Positions 11,779-24,234 are shown, counted from the stretch's first letter. The stretch: DNA of 64,000 bases from Eledone cirrhosa (GCA_964016885.1 OZ024743.1:88226001-88290000); one strand, 5' to 3'. Notes: generated by a model from the sequence alone, not told the origin. Made by a program: numbers and translations.

Positions 11779-12344
11779 AAATAAATAATGATCAACCAAA
11801 ACGCTGCCGACTTCCTGAGCAAATTTCAAATAGAACCAAACGTAGGTCCTTTCGCCAAACCGTTTATCAAAGAGAGACGAAATACCAAGGAAGGAATTAC
11901 AAATTTAGAAGTGACTCTGTAATTGTCACCAAAAGAAAATCTAAAGATTCCAATGTAAAATGCAATTATATACACGTGAATTCGTTGGAGTCGAAGACTC
12001 TCAAAACTGAAAGGACCTACAAGCGACCCACACGCCACATCAGAACTGTACACTGCCAGAGGAAAAAGAATTTCTCGAGTGATAGTTATCCAAACCATTC
12101 CTATAGTGCCATGAGAGAGATACATTGTGCTGATATGCGTCGTGGAGCTAGGAGATTCCTAAAGTGATTCCACGATGAATTTAGTCCAAAATCAAAATAT
12201 TACAAATCCGATTGCCACAAGACTTGGTAAATTATTATTCCGAGTGAAGTGGTTAAAATGAAATCGCCTGCCCAGAAATTCCCGGTGGACGACACATCTG
12301 ATATAAGACTGACCCAGCTTTCTTCTCTTCTTACTTCAGGATAA
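11750..12344 (+). pseudogene. Frameshifted basic/Ser-rich C-terminal extension of paralog A
   Basis: An alternative-frame ORF runs to 12167; further on, KSDC...DDTSDIRLTQLSSLL* weakly resembles the paralog B end SSDC...DDSPIKCYSNISLLSF*. Confidence 0.4.
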
Positions 12345-12435
12345 ATCTCGCCTTCTGGTTTCGGTAGGAAGAATGTGTTGTGTTTTTTTTAAAGAAAAGT
12401 CATTTACAAAAAAAATAATAATAATAGTAATAATT

Positions 12436-12485
<50 letters not shown>

Positions 12486-13957
12486 TAATAATAATAATAA
12501 AAATGAGAAAAGTGAAAATCAAAAAAAGAATACAAAAAAATATTTAAAAAAAAAACAGGTGGAATGGAAACGGTGGTTTTATTAGACTTTCCACAGTGGA
12601 ATGTTTCTGATGTTTGTGGACCACACCCTAAATCACAGACGTGCGATCAGTTTCACCCTATATATATATCTCCTATCTTCCCCTGCACACACACATACAT
12701 ACATACAAATACACACACACATATACACACACACATACATTAGACGGATAAAGTATTTTCAGAAATGAGCCCCTGTGGTGCTAGTCACCAGATATAGAAT
12801 GGGGTTACCCTATCTTGTAAATACTAGGTAGTACAAAAAACTGCAATGCATTTTAATTTCAAATAGATATACATTACGTAACATGTATGTGTAAATATAT
12901 ATATATATATACACACATAAGCTGTTACTAATTGTTATATATATATTGTATTATTTATTTGTTTATATATATATGTATATATATTATGTATAATGTATAT
13001 AAATATGTATATATATTATATATCTTACATATATATATATTATATCTTATATATATATAGTATATATATATATGTAGCAGCTATATATATATGCTCACAT
13101 GTTACGTAATGTATGTATAAAGACACACGACGTAAAATATTTGTATACATATATTACGTGTGTATAAATCTATATTAGTACATATTACGTAAAATATACA
13201 CACATTATCAAACACACACAGACACATATACATTTATTTGCACACAAGCATGTATACATCGTGCATATATATTTATGTATAGACATTACGCACATACACA
13301 GGCATGTGTGTATGTACATATGCAGTTGTCATTACGTGAGTAAACTCTGGTGTATATATATATATATATACACACACACACTGATTTTCCATCAACTGAT
13401 GGCAGAAGCGGATGAAGCTTGTTTGGGCCGCCTCGCTGAAAGTTTCATCGAGGCCCCCTTACGTATTATTTATGATAGCAAAGACATTAATTTGGAAACC
13501 CCTTTCCCCTACTCTGCCACTGACTGATAGTCCGGCAGTTCTTTTAATCCGTACATAATTATGAGCGGGCATTTAAATTTCCCGCGACCCGTTAGGAAGT
13601 TACCACGTGCTATTAGATATAGTTTTAAATATTTGTGCCTTCTTCATATAATATATATAGTTAAGGGTTACAGAGTAAGTTTCCAGCTTCGTAATAAGTT
13701 TCTAGTGAATTATTTTATAGTCCTGCAAAACGGATTAACCGGCAGGGATACCGGAAAATCGGTGTTGTACTTGTATCTGTGTTTGTATATATATATATAT
13801 ATATATATATTCATATATTCATCTACATATATGTGTGTGTATATATATATATATATATATAGTATTTATTTGTTCATACATGGAACAAAAGCGCAACCTA
13901 AGGTTTCAAGGCCTAACATTGACCATATCTCCAGAATTGTAACCTAACCTTCAGGCG

Positions 13958-14020
<63 letters not shown>

Positions 14021-15344
14021 GATAAACACGCGCACACACATATATATATATATATGCATGCAGACAAACATGCACATATACACCAACACTCACTGACACA
14101 CACTATACACACACCCTCTCTCTCTCTCTCTCACACACACACATACAGCGTTCATAGACCAACGAAGTTTCTCTAAACAGGGAAAATGTCAAATTTAGAA
14201 GCTTTCTTCATCTGACGATGAAATTAATGTATAATAATAAAACGGTGCCTTAATACAAGTACCAGTAATATTCTGTGGTAGAGCCATACATAGACGATAG
14301 CCCTTCCTATGTGCCTGGTTAAAAAATAGCAATTATTATAGTCTCTATATTTACACTAAAGTCTGCCTGCTATTACAGATTCTTTCAATAAAGAGGAACT
14401 TTCTTCACTCACAACTTTCATATTTTTATTTACCGTTGTTGTTGTTGCTGCTGCTGCTGTTGTTGTTTTTTATGATGATGATGATGATATTGATATGTTG
14501 ATGTTGCTACTGCTGCTGTTGCGTTGATATTGATGCTCTGTTGTTTATGTTGGTGGTGCTGCTGATGGTAGTGGTGGTAGTGCTGCTGCTGATGATGATG
14601 ATGATGGTGGCGATGTTGTTGTTGGTGGTGATGGCGGTGGTGGTAGTGATGAAGGTGGTGGTGGTGGCGGTGGTGTTAATGAGGTTTTTGTTAAAAAGTG
14701 CCGGTGGGTTGAAGAATCAGAATCAGTAGATTTAATCCATATCACCCTGTTTAACACGACCACCACCACATTGCCACAAAGTGGACACTTCGGTGTCTAT
14801 TTTGTGGCAAGCATTCTGACAAGGTCGCCAGTTTCAGGACACTTTCTTCACTCCCTCCTACCAGTGTCAAAGGCCCTGAAAAGATCATAAGCACCACCTT
14901 TCCCAGGGTGGGTTGAACTCTAAGGCGAGACCAAGGCAACTAACCCAGGAGATGGAGAACTCTTAGAAGAAAAACCTGAGGTAAGTTATTCATTTGAGTT
15001 TGTGGCAAGCATCTTTACCAGCTTTGTTACCATTCACCACTGAAAACAAACCATCTTTGTGGGTAGTTTAATAGCTATAATAATACTTCTGCAAGCCCCA
15101 CTGCTATTCACATTTCCTAGCTGTTGGACCCTAATACGTAAAAATTCACGAGCGAATCCATTATTGATACCAGTTAAGTACTATGGGCGATATAATCGAC
15201 TTTTCCCATCCCCCCCAAATTGCTGGCTTTCTGCCAATGTTAAAAATGATTATTATTATTACGGTTTAGCTTTCATCCTTACGGGATCGATAAAATAAGG
15301 TACCAGTAACGCACTTTGCAAAATGTAGAAACAATTATAAATGG

Positions 15345-15490
15345 AGGTAGATTGAGAGTCGTTAAAGAATCGAAGAAATGCTTAGCAATATTTTGTTCCA
15401 GTTCTCTGCGTTCTCAGTTCAAATCCCGCTGAGGTCAAATTTGCCTTTCATCCTTCCAAGGTCGAAAAAATAAAGTACTAGTCAAGCAAT
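15345..15490 (+). mobile_element. Nin/Deu-domain SINE (diverged)
   Basis: GTTCAAATCCCGCTGAGGTCAAATTTGCCTTTCATCC core. Other diverged copies lie at ~15775-15910 (-), ~19545-19660 (+) and ~20490-20625 (-). Confidence 0.7.
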
Positions 15491-16009
15491 ACAATTGCTG
15501 ACCTTTGAAATATAATTACGGTCTGAAATATACCTGCTTGTTGGTCATGATATCTTCCTACCTGTAGCTCACAACAGTATCAATTATATAGAAATGTGAT
15601 TTACTATATGATCCAAGTAGACCCATAAGAGGACCATACCAAAGGTTTCATGGTTTACGATGAGTTTTATGTTCTACTGTGTTATGTATAGACTGGTAAC
15701 TCCTGATGTAGTCGTAAGGGCACTGAAAGAGAGGAAGTGAAAAAAGATATAGAGCAAGAATTTATCCCAGTATGTGACTGGTACTTTTTTTATCGACTTC
15801 AAAAGGCTGACAGGCAGCTCAGAGTTTGAACTCAGAGCACAGAGATCCGGAACGAACACTGTAAAGCATTCTAGCTGATGGTCTAATGATTCTGCCAATT
15901 CGCTGCCTTCTTTACTGTCTTACAATTAAAATTAAATTGGTCAATGAAATTTTCCTTGTGAATTTTTTAGATTATGTTTTGATAAAGGCTGTTTATCACA
16001 ATACTATGT

Positions 16010-16420
16010 CCTCCTATAGTACCATGTGCAATAGTACCATATTGTCATAGTACCATGTCCTCCTATGATACCATTAACTTGAATAGTACTATATCATCCT
16101 ATAGTACTGTGCATTACTAAAGTACCGTATTCTCCTTTAGTACTATGTCCTCCTAAAGTACCATATTCTATAGCACCATATCCTCTTATAGTACCATGTC
16201 CTCCTAAAGTACCATATTCTATAGCACCATATCCTCTTATAGTACCATGTCCTCCTAAAGTACCATATTCTATAGCACCATATCCTCTTATAGTACCATA
16301 TAACATTCTATAATACCACACCTTCCTAAAGTGCCATGACCTATACTACCATTGCATTTTATAGTACTATGCCATATGCTATAGTACCCTATGCTAATAT
16401 AATACCATGTCATCATATAA
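16010..16420. repeat. Minisatellite: 51-bp higher-order unit (x3) built from TAGTACCAT subunits
   Basis: GTCCTCCTAAAG occurs at 16147, 16198 and 16249. Confidence 0.85.
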
Positions 16421-16619
16421 CACGTCCTATAATACGTACCCTGTCGTCCTGTTTCCTCTTCTATATATGTGTATGCGCACATGCCTGTGTGTATGTGTAG
16501 TATGTTTATCTTGTTGCCCATTAGGAGACAGGAGATAGTGTTGATATGATAGGTGTCACTGTCGTGGCCCTAGATTCCTAGGTATGATGCTGCCATACCC
16601 AATGACTGGTGTCTCGGTA

Positions 16620-17150
16620 TAACCTTTAACTGTTACAAGGGAAAATGTGAAGGGGTAACTACAGAAGCATTAAACAGATGGATCAACTTATGAACTGATT
16701 AGAAGAATCAAGTTGAATGAGATGCAGTTTGGTTTTGTGCCGGTAAGGAGCACCATAGGTGCCTTCTTCTTGGTAAGAAAACTACAGGTTCCTAGCTAAA
16801 TGTAAACCACTATAACTAGTTGACAGAGTACCGTGATCTGTTATTTGGTGGTCTTTAAGAAAATTAAATGTAGACGAGTGGTTTATGAGAGCAATGCATG
16901 CCATGTATTGAGGAACTGTCAACAAAGTGGGAAGTAGATGATGAGCTTAGTAAGAAATGTAACGTGCAGGTTGGTGTGAATCAAGGCTCTGTCCTCAGTT
17001 CACTTCCGTTTATTATAGTTCTTCAAGCAATAACAGAAGAATCTAAAACTCGTTGTCCGTGAGAACTTCTCTGTGCTGATAGCTGAATCTGTGTAAGATC
17101 TAGGGAAGAAATTCCAGCTGCAGAAACAAAAAATATGATCAAGAAAACTT
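16620..17150 (+). mobile_element. Degenerate RTE LINE reverse-transcriptase fragment
   Basis: NCYKGK...LNEMQFGFVP..STIGAFFLVRKLQ; homologous to the 59000-60550 copies. Confidence 0.8.
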
Positions 17151-17864
17151 GGCTTGTGTCTACGTGTGTTTGTGCCTTACATTATGCCTTTGTGTGTGTG
17201 TGTGTGTGTGTGTGTTGAAGATTCCAGATATTGTGGCAATTGAGGAGCTGTGTTCTTTTCCCACAAATCCAAGTTCAGTCATATATTGGTTCATGCAGGT
17301 TGATATATATATTCTCTAGATCCAACAGTAATAGCTTAACAACGTATATCTTGGCTACTGGATTTGCAAACTCCTCATCAATGATCCGTGGTTGACCTCA
17401 TCCTCTTGTATCTTTCTCTTTCCTTCTCTGGAAGAAATTGGCTGTGTTCAGACCTGGGGGGTGGGGAACTCCGCCAAGTTTTTAAAATGCCCAAGACACG
17501 TTGAATGTCACTACGGCGTCCCTACGACTCCATCAATAGTTACAGGTTCATATATGTGTGTGTGTATTAATGTTGATGTTACATGAACGTGGACGCTAAA
17601 ACATTGTGTAAAGGTAATTGTTTCTCTGGAAGTTTTTTTAATGGTGTGGAGGGGAGTAAATCTATGATAACTTACAGACTATGGATGCCTGTCGTCTGTT
17701 GAAAAGTAGTTTTTATATAATGGAGTTGGAAAGGGAAGGAGAAAAGGTTAGTCATTAGATCGCTTATGACGTCATACAGAGAGGAAGTGATGTAGGGAAA
17801 TATTGAACTGCGTGAGATTTTAATCCGACATTTACATCCCATACTTAACGACTACTCGACAAAG

Positions 17865-18998
17865 ATGGAGATTCCTGAGATGGAAAACCACGACAGCATG
17901 ATTTTTACTGTCTCGCCATCAACAAGCTCCTCAAATTTCACCGACAGTGAAGAGAGCTGCGACATTTTCTCGGCAGCAATAGGTCTCAACCACGATCGAA
18001 ACTTGGCGGCTGCAGTGGAAAGATGCACTCCACTGCAGTTGCACCTCTGTCGGGACAGCAACGGTGAAGCAAATATCTTACAACAGCAAGAATTACGTTC
18101 ACACGCTAGTGACGATAATGATTGTCATTCAATGGTCGGCCTAGTTCTACCTCACACCAGTTCACCAACATTTAATGACACTAATTCCATCTTAAACCAG
18201 TCGCCAGTAACGTCTTCAACTTCGTCGCAATTCCCTTATGAATCTCCAAACACCAATGAATCAATGGAAGACAGAAGCCTCGGGGTGGACGCCCGTAAAG
18301 TTTACGATATGTTGCAGGAGGAACGTATAGCTAACCTTACGAAGCGGAAACACTCATTCTGGCGCGCTTTAAAGAACTTTCAACTGGCTAAGATAAACAT
18401 GAACTGGAGCAATCAAGCAGCAACTGTTCTGAATATTCTTTCAGCCAGTAATGCTCCTTGTGGTGACATATCAGCACTGGCAGAACTAGGCGAGTATCTT
18501 ATTCCTCTCTGCTTCAAAGCCGAGACATTGATGCTTCTTCATAAGGTACAAAAAAGTGCAACGAAATATAAGAAAATAGATGAAAGTATGGAAAAGACAT
18601 TCCAGAAACATGGAAATGGAGAGTTGTATCGGCAGCTCCTAGAATTATGGCGTGTTGAGACAGTTGCTGAAGAAATCACCTCCTTTATGACATGGAATTC
18701 GAAAAAAGAATGGTATACCAATGCCTGCGCTTATTTCAATGCCAATCTAAAAGAAAGGGGCAAACACAAAGATGGCTTTTCGTCCAAACAGAACCACTCC
18801 ATAGCAATGACTCAAAAGAATCGTAAGGGGCGCATTCTAAACGAAAGCTATGAATTAGAAAGCTCCTCAGAATCAGTAAGATCGGGTAGAAATCCTGTCT
18901 GCAATTCTAGTGATTGTCAGACAAAAGAATTTACCGATAGAGAGTCAGACGATTCTCCTATAAAGTGCTACTCAAATATTTCCCTCTTATCCTTCTGA
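17865..18998 (+). CDS. Intronless uncharacterised protein, paralog B (377 aa)
   Basis: Long ORF sharing SMIFTVSPST, DMLQ.E..ANLTKRK.SFW.A.KNF.LA..NMNWSN, LCFK.ET..LL.KVQK, KYK.IDE and ELWRV with paralog A. Confidence 0.7.
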   Translation: MEIPEMENHDSMIFTVSPSTSSSNFTDSEESCDIFSAAIGLNHDRNLAAAVERCTPLQLHLCRDSNGEANILQQQELRSHASDDNDCHSMVGLVLPHTSSPTFNDTNSILNQSPVTSSTSSQFPYESPNTNESMEDRSLGVDARKVYDMLQEERIANLTKRKHSFWRALKNFQLAKINMNWSNQAATVLNILSASNAPCGDISALAELGEYLIPLCFKAETLMLLHKVQKSATKYKKIDESMEKTFQKHGNGELYRQLLELWRVETVAEEITSFMTWNSKKEWYTNACAYFNANLKERGKHKDGFSSKQNHSIAMTQKNRKGRILNESYELESSSESVRSGRNPVCNSSDCQTKEFTDRESDDSPIKCYSNISLLSF

Positions 18999-20906
18999 TC
19001 TTCAAATACCATTCCAGTTTTTTTTTCTGCAAGGCACGTTGTGAATACAGAATTTCACTAATTAAAGTATTCTTAACATAAAAAAAAATATCAAAAATAT
19101 GAGATTGTTGGAGTTTTTGTCTCGAATAATTTATATGATGAGAAGGGTAACGCAGTGACTAAGAAGCTACTACTACTACTATTACTACTGTGCCAAGGGG
19201 TAGCGGGTTCGAGTCGTGGCTATAGATTCGTACCAATGAGGAAGAGTAAATAAAACTTCAAGAGAGAAGAATGTTCAGTGTACCCAGATCTACCCCTGAC
19301 CACACGCCTGATCTGAGGTAAAGAACTTGTGATTTTCAGGGTGCAAGGTTATATTTCAGAACACTGGTTGTGGATAATTGTATGTTCGTTTGCAAATTCT
19401 AAATTTGCATTTCTCGTTTATAATTATATTAGTTTACTGATTAAAGTAAATAAAGAAAATATAAATTTCTAACAACAAAAAATTCTATATTACCGAGTTT
19501 TGTTGAGAATTAGTGAATATGTAAATATGAATATGTCGTTATGGTTTAAATAGACGGCGAGTTAACAGAGTCGTTAGAGCGTAAGACATGTCTGGCGGTA
19601 TTTGATCCTTGCGCTCTGAGTTCACCTTCATCCTTTCGGCGTCGATGAAAATCAAATACCGATCGAGGGCGGAGAGTTGGTGGAATTAGAACGTCAGATG
19701 AGATGTCTTGCGACTGTATTTGTTCCAGCCCTTTGCATTCTGAATAATAGACTTGATATGTTACACAGTTTATCACCACCATCTAACTCCCGGGTGCCCT
19801 TAGCAAAGTTCACTCTGTTACCAGCATTCGGGCCAGGTCTCCGAGTTCAAAACCTATTGTGGCCACCCTGGCTCTTTGATACTTCTAGCAAAGCACACAC
19901 TGTTGTAAGTATTCGGGTCAGTTCCCTGGTACCTCCTTCCTACCTTCAACCATTTTCAAGTACCCCCAAAAAATGGCCATGGTTACTACTCTCCCCTCCC
20001 ACACTCCGCTAAACAATAAAAATCTCTCAACATTAAGGCTTTTATCTTCACAAAGATTTAAAATATCCCATTGTTATCGTGATAACAAGGGTTACTTGCG
20101 TCAGGTTTGCTAAATGACCAGTTAAAATATAAGTGACCGCGCAAACTAATGTATAACGATCAGCAGGGGAGGTAACTCCTGAGTATATTTCAGAATGTTT
20201 ACATAATGTTATTTTTATTGATTCAAAATGTTGTTATATTCAATTGTGTATATATTTACAAATAGGAAGAGAGAAAAAATAGAAAAGGGTGAGAAAAAAG
20301 AAAAATAAATAAATATCTGTATGAATCCGTAACTCATGATGGAGTCGTAGGGACGCCGGAATGACATTTGGGAAGGGGTGCATTTTTTAAATACCTGCCA
20401 GAGACCAACTCCTCTCTGAATACAGCCAGTTTTTTACAGAGAAGGAGTTGTGGAGTGAGAAAGAAATAGAGAAGAAGAACCAACTACAGTATTTGACTGG
20501 TACTTTAATCATCAACCACGAAGTTGTTTTCGGCGGCATTTGAACCCAGAGTTTTGAGAGCCGAAACGAATACCGGGAATTATTCTATCTGACGTTCTAA
20601 CGACTCTGTCAATTTTCCGCCTAAATAAATACATTACATCCAGTGGCGGACTGGGTCAAAAAATATTGGTTGCCAATAGATAAAGGAGACCCACCCACAT
20701 ATAGAATTCTATCATTTAATTTTTATAATGAATAAATAACATTTTCAAAAAATACGTAAGTGAAAACAAAACAATGCAATCAAATTTTTGCAGGAAAAGA
20801 TGTGTATTTTTTTTTACTAATTATAGTATATATATACTGTACATATTACTAGCAACATACAGTAATAATTGAATTTTTAAATAATTGTGAATGTATAGTA
20901 TACTGT

Positions 20907-21015
20907 TATTTAGAGTAGAGTATGCAAGTGGTCATTGTTACCTTCTCCAATAGAAAATAATATATTTTCTATTGGAGAAGGTAACAACGATCACTTGCAT
21001 ACTCTACTCTAAATA
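20907..21015. repeat. Hairpin with 53-bp arms and 3-nt loop
   Basis: 20907-20959 is the reverse complement of 20963-21015 with 2 mismatches. Confidence 0.9.
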
Positions 21016-21831
21016 GTACCTTGTGAAATATACACATCCAAAGACTTTCAATAATGACTTTTGGTCTTTCACACTCTCTCAATATATATATCTGGGAGTG
21101 TGTGTACATGTACATGTGTATATACAGATTTATATATATGTATACATAAATGTTTTCAGCTTGTACAAAAATTATTTGGCGACTCATTCTCCCTAGGGAC
21201 TTTAGACTGAAGAACTGACCACTAATTGGTTTTACATACGTCTTTAACCCATTGATATCAAAAATTATTTGGCTAGCAGCTCGTGTGTATGTGTAAGTAT
21301 ATATGCAGTCTAATCTGTCAATAACGAACCTTTTGTTTTACAAAATTTTTGAAAGTTGGTTATTGAGCGAGTTTTTATATAAAAATTTGTCAATAACGAA
21401 CTTTTTTTGACAAAAAATGTTTGATTTTAAGTTGTTTTCATATATTTATTTAACTTAATTTTTATTTTTTAATAACATTTTAAAAGAAAAGTTGGTTATT
21501 TTGACATTATCCCCCCCCCCCCCCCCCCCCCAAATGTAAAAACAAAATACATAAAAATTTAAATTTAACATTTAATTGTATTCTTACTTATGATGCTCAA
21601 TTCTTCTTTACCGGTGTCATAAATTCAAAAAATCTTTTTGCCTCTTAACTGTTAAGTAGGCTGTTAATATCTTTTTTCTGCTGAAAATATGTGCCTTAAA
21701 CTCACAGTGCAAACCTTTGAACTGACAATTTTAAGTTCATTGATTAATTCTAAGTACTTTTTATAATCAGCTTTACTAACTTGTTCTTCGTCAGTTGTCT
21801 CCTCTTCCATATCATTATTTAGAGATTTTTG

Positions 21832-22012
21832 GGTGGTGGATTGGTAGTATCGGTAGAGGGTCGGACGCCATGCTTTCTAGCTTAGTTACGTCCCTTTACA
21901 GTCTGAGTTCAAATCCCACCGAGGTTAACTTTGCCTTTCATCCTTACGGGGTCGATAAAATAAAGTACCAGTAATGTACTGAGTAATTGCTGGCCTTGTG
22001 CCAAAAGTAGAA
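21832..22012 (+). mobile_element. Full-length Nin/Deu SINE with 21-bp TSD
   Basis: ATCATTATTTAGAGATTTTTG at 21811-21831 and 22013-22033. Confidence 0.9.
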
Positions 22013-23071
22013 ATCATTATTTAGAGATTTTTGACTTGTAAAATGTTTTGTTTCATCTGGATTATCGCAACATTCTGTTTCTCTAGTTTCATAATTTTTT
22101 AGTTCGGTAAAAGTAACAGTATCATATTTTAATTCCTTGAGTTCCTTAAGTGCATATTTCAGCTCGTATTCCCCATTTTCTAAACACAATCCAACTGATG
22201 TTTTTGCAAGCGAATCTTCCCTCATTGAATTCTTTATTTGTAGACCTGAATTTTTCCAGCAATTTACAATGTCTCTTTTACAACCGAATCCCATGCCTGA
22301 ACTGATAAAAAAAATACCATCCAATAATTGTTTCTACTTTAGGCACAAGGCCAGCAATTACCCAGTACATTACTGGTACTTTATTTTATCGACCCCGTGA
22401 CGTTCCTTTTGAATTGACACATTCACATCTTTCTTTATTAACCAAATTTTTAATAAAAATCGTATTGTTACACTTGAATGATCAAACTATTCCTTGGTCT
22501 AAAGGTTGTAATTTTGCCGTTGTGTTCGGGTGTAGAAAAAAAGTCTATACTTGAAAAGCTTTGTTATTTGTGACACGCTGAATTATCAAGGAGCAATAAT
22601 ACTATTCTCTGTTGTTTAAAAATTCGTAATTGATTTCTTTTAGGTAAAATTAAAATACGTTGTCTGTCACCCATGCCGTAATTTTTTATAGAACAATGCA
22701 GTTTCATCTGTGTTAAAGATATTTTCTACATTATATTTAAGAAGTTTGTCTTTACATTTATCACGAAATTCATTTATTTCATTTTCCAGCACTTCAACTT
22801 TAGTACCGGTTTGAATTTTAAACTTAACGTTATTTCTTTTTTAAAAAGAATTTAACCACCCATCACTGGCCATAAACTCCTTTTCATCGTTCTCTTTCGC
22901 AATTTCCAGGGTTTTTTGTTTTATGATATTCCCATTTATTGGGATTTTTAGGGATCTAATATTTTTAAGTTCTTCAATAAGTGATTCATCTATCTTGGTG
23001 TTAACTGGCTGTAGTTTTTTCGTGTTTAAATTCTTTCCCGATTGAAGCATATCATTATAAGCACATATTAT

Positions 23072-23260
23072 TGGTGGATTGGCAGTATCGGTAGAGGGTC
23101 GGACGTCATGCTTTGACGCATAAAGTTACGGCCCTTTCCATTCTGAGTTCAAATCCCGCCGAGGTCAACTTTTCCTTTCATCCTTACGGGGTCGATAAAA
23201 TAAAGTACCAGTAATGTACTGGGTAATTGCTGGCCTTGTGCCAAAAGTAGAAACAATTAT
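23072..23260 (+). mobile_element. Full-length Nin/Deu SINE interrupting the Tigger ORF
   Basis: Highly similar to 21832-22012. Partial copies lie at ~22325-22400 (-) and ~23650-23785 (+). Confidence 0.85.
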
Positions 23261-24152
23261 TTTATTCTCATTTTTTTTTAAGTTCGGATATTGTTGATTT
23301 TGGTATGTTTCTCTTTTTCATTATAAATGAAGCTTTGTGTTTTTTTCAAATCATCAATTTCCTTTTTAGTTTTGATAGAATATGCGTTCCGTTTACGTTG
23401 TTCCGCCATGTTGTTGTATATCATTTTGTTTATAATTTTAAAATGAAAAATATAATGTTAAAAATTTCCAAGTAAATTTTAATGATTTTGGAATACTAAT
23501 AATGCTGTAAAAGTAAAAATAAAAATATATTTATTTAATGAAAATCTGCCAATAGAGAACCTTTTTTTGGAGTTCGTTATACAGAGAGAAAGTTCGTTAT
23601 TAACAGAGTTCGTTATTGACAGATTAGACTGCATAGAACACAAAGAGCATAGAGTTATGGCGCTTTGTGTTCTGAGTTCAAAACCGCCGAGGTTAACTTT
23701 GCCTTTCGTCCTTATGGGGTCGATAAAATAAAGTAACAATGATGTACTGGGGTAATCGCTGGCCTTGTGCCAAAAGTAGAAACTATATATATATATATAT
23801 ACGCGTGTGTGTATGTGTGTGTCTATGTATGTATACATGCATGAATGAATACAGTAAGCTATAAATTTAGACAACCAGTGATACCAACTGTTAGCACTAT
23901 CATATATTTTGGTTTCTATTAATTCCCTAGGGAATTGTTTGACCAAATACTTTGCTTATTTGTTGTTGTTTTTTTTGTTTATTTTATTGTTTCTCTAAGA
24001 CCTTTTTTTTTTAAGATTTGTTTGAAAGCAAAGCATTGGCCTTTAAAATACTACAGTGGGTCCTTGCAGTGCTACCTGGGGCCCACTTGCCATTGGGCAA
24101 CCTGGCAACCTGGTCAGTCCGCCACTGGTTATGTCTATTTACAAAAAATAAA

Positions 24153-24234
24153 TAACTGCATTGGGATTCGAAATCACATCTCCGGAGAGACTGGTGCCTA
24201 AAACCAGCGCTTTAGACCAGTCGGCCACACTACT
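24153..24234 (-). tRNA. tRNA-Leu(UAG) pseudogene
   Basis: AGTAGTGTGGCCGACTGGTCTAAAGCG-CTGGT-TTTAGGC-ACCAG-TCTCTCCGGAGA-TGTGATTTCGAATCCCA. Anticodon and variable arms are intact; acceptor and T stems are broken; a T-run follows downstream. Confidence 0.8.

Larger units (their letters stand above)
21306..23631 (-). mobile_element. Tigger/pogo DNA transposon with decayed transposase
   Basis: Perfect 24-bp TIR CAGTCTAATCTGTCAATAACGAAC. Minus-strand remnants: MAEQRKRNAYSIKTK (psq-type HTH), PINGNIIKQK...FMASDGWLNSF (CENP-B HTH), IFNTDETALF, LLLLDNSA and PNTTAKLQPLDQG (DDE). Confidence 0.9.
20641..24127. mobile_element. Non-autonomous hAT-type element carrying nested insertions
   Basis: 13-bp TIR CAGTGGCGGACTG/CAGTCCGCCACTG; decayed 8-bp TSD ATTACATC/GTTATGTC. 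Confidence 0.7.

Noticed and set aside
13890-13945. Partial or degenerate hammerhead-like motifs here and at ~31890-31935 (-), ~47800-47835, ~50414, ~56905-56950 (-) and ~62826
   Set aside because: Core bases are mutated or one half is missing, and stem I is unsupported. They are plausible relics but not called.
14440-14700. Hydrophobic or poly-Pro ORFs
   Set aside because: A mixed trinucleotide (GTT/GAT/GGT/GCT) low-complexity tract.
16094-16321. Gly/Tyr repeat ORF resembling a structural protein
   Set aside because: It arises from a 51-bp minisatellite, and the flanking degenerate units are not kept in frame.
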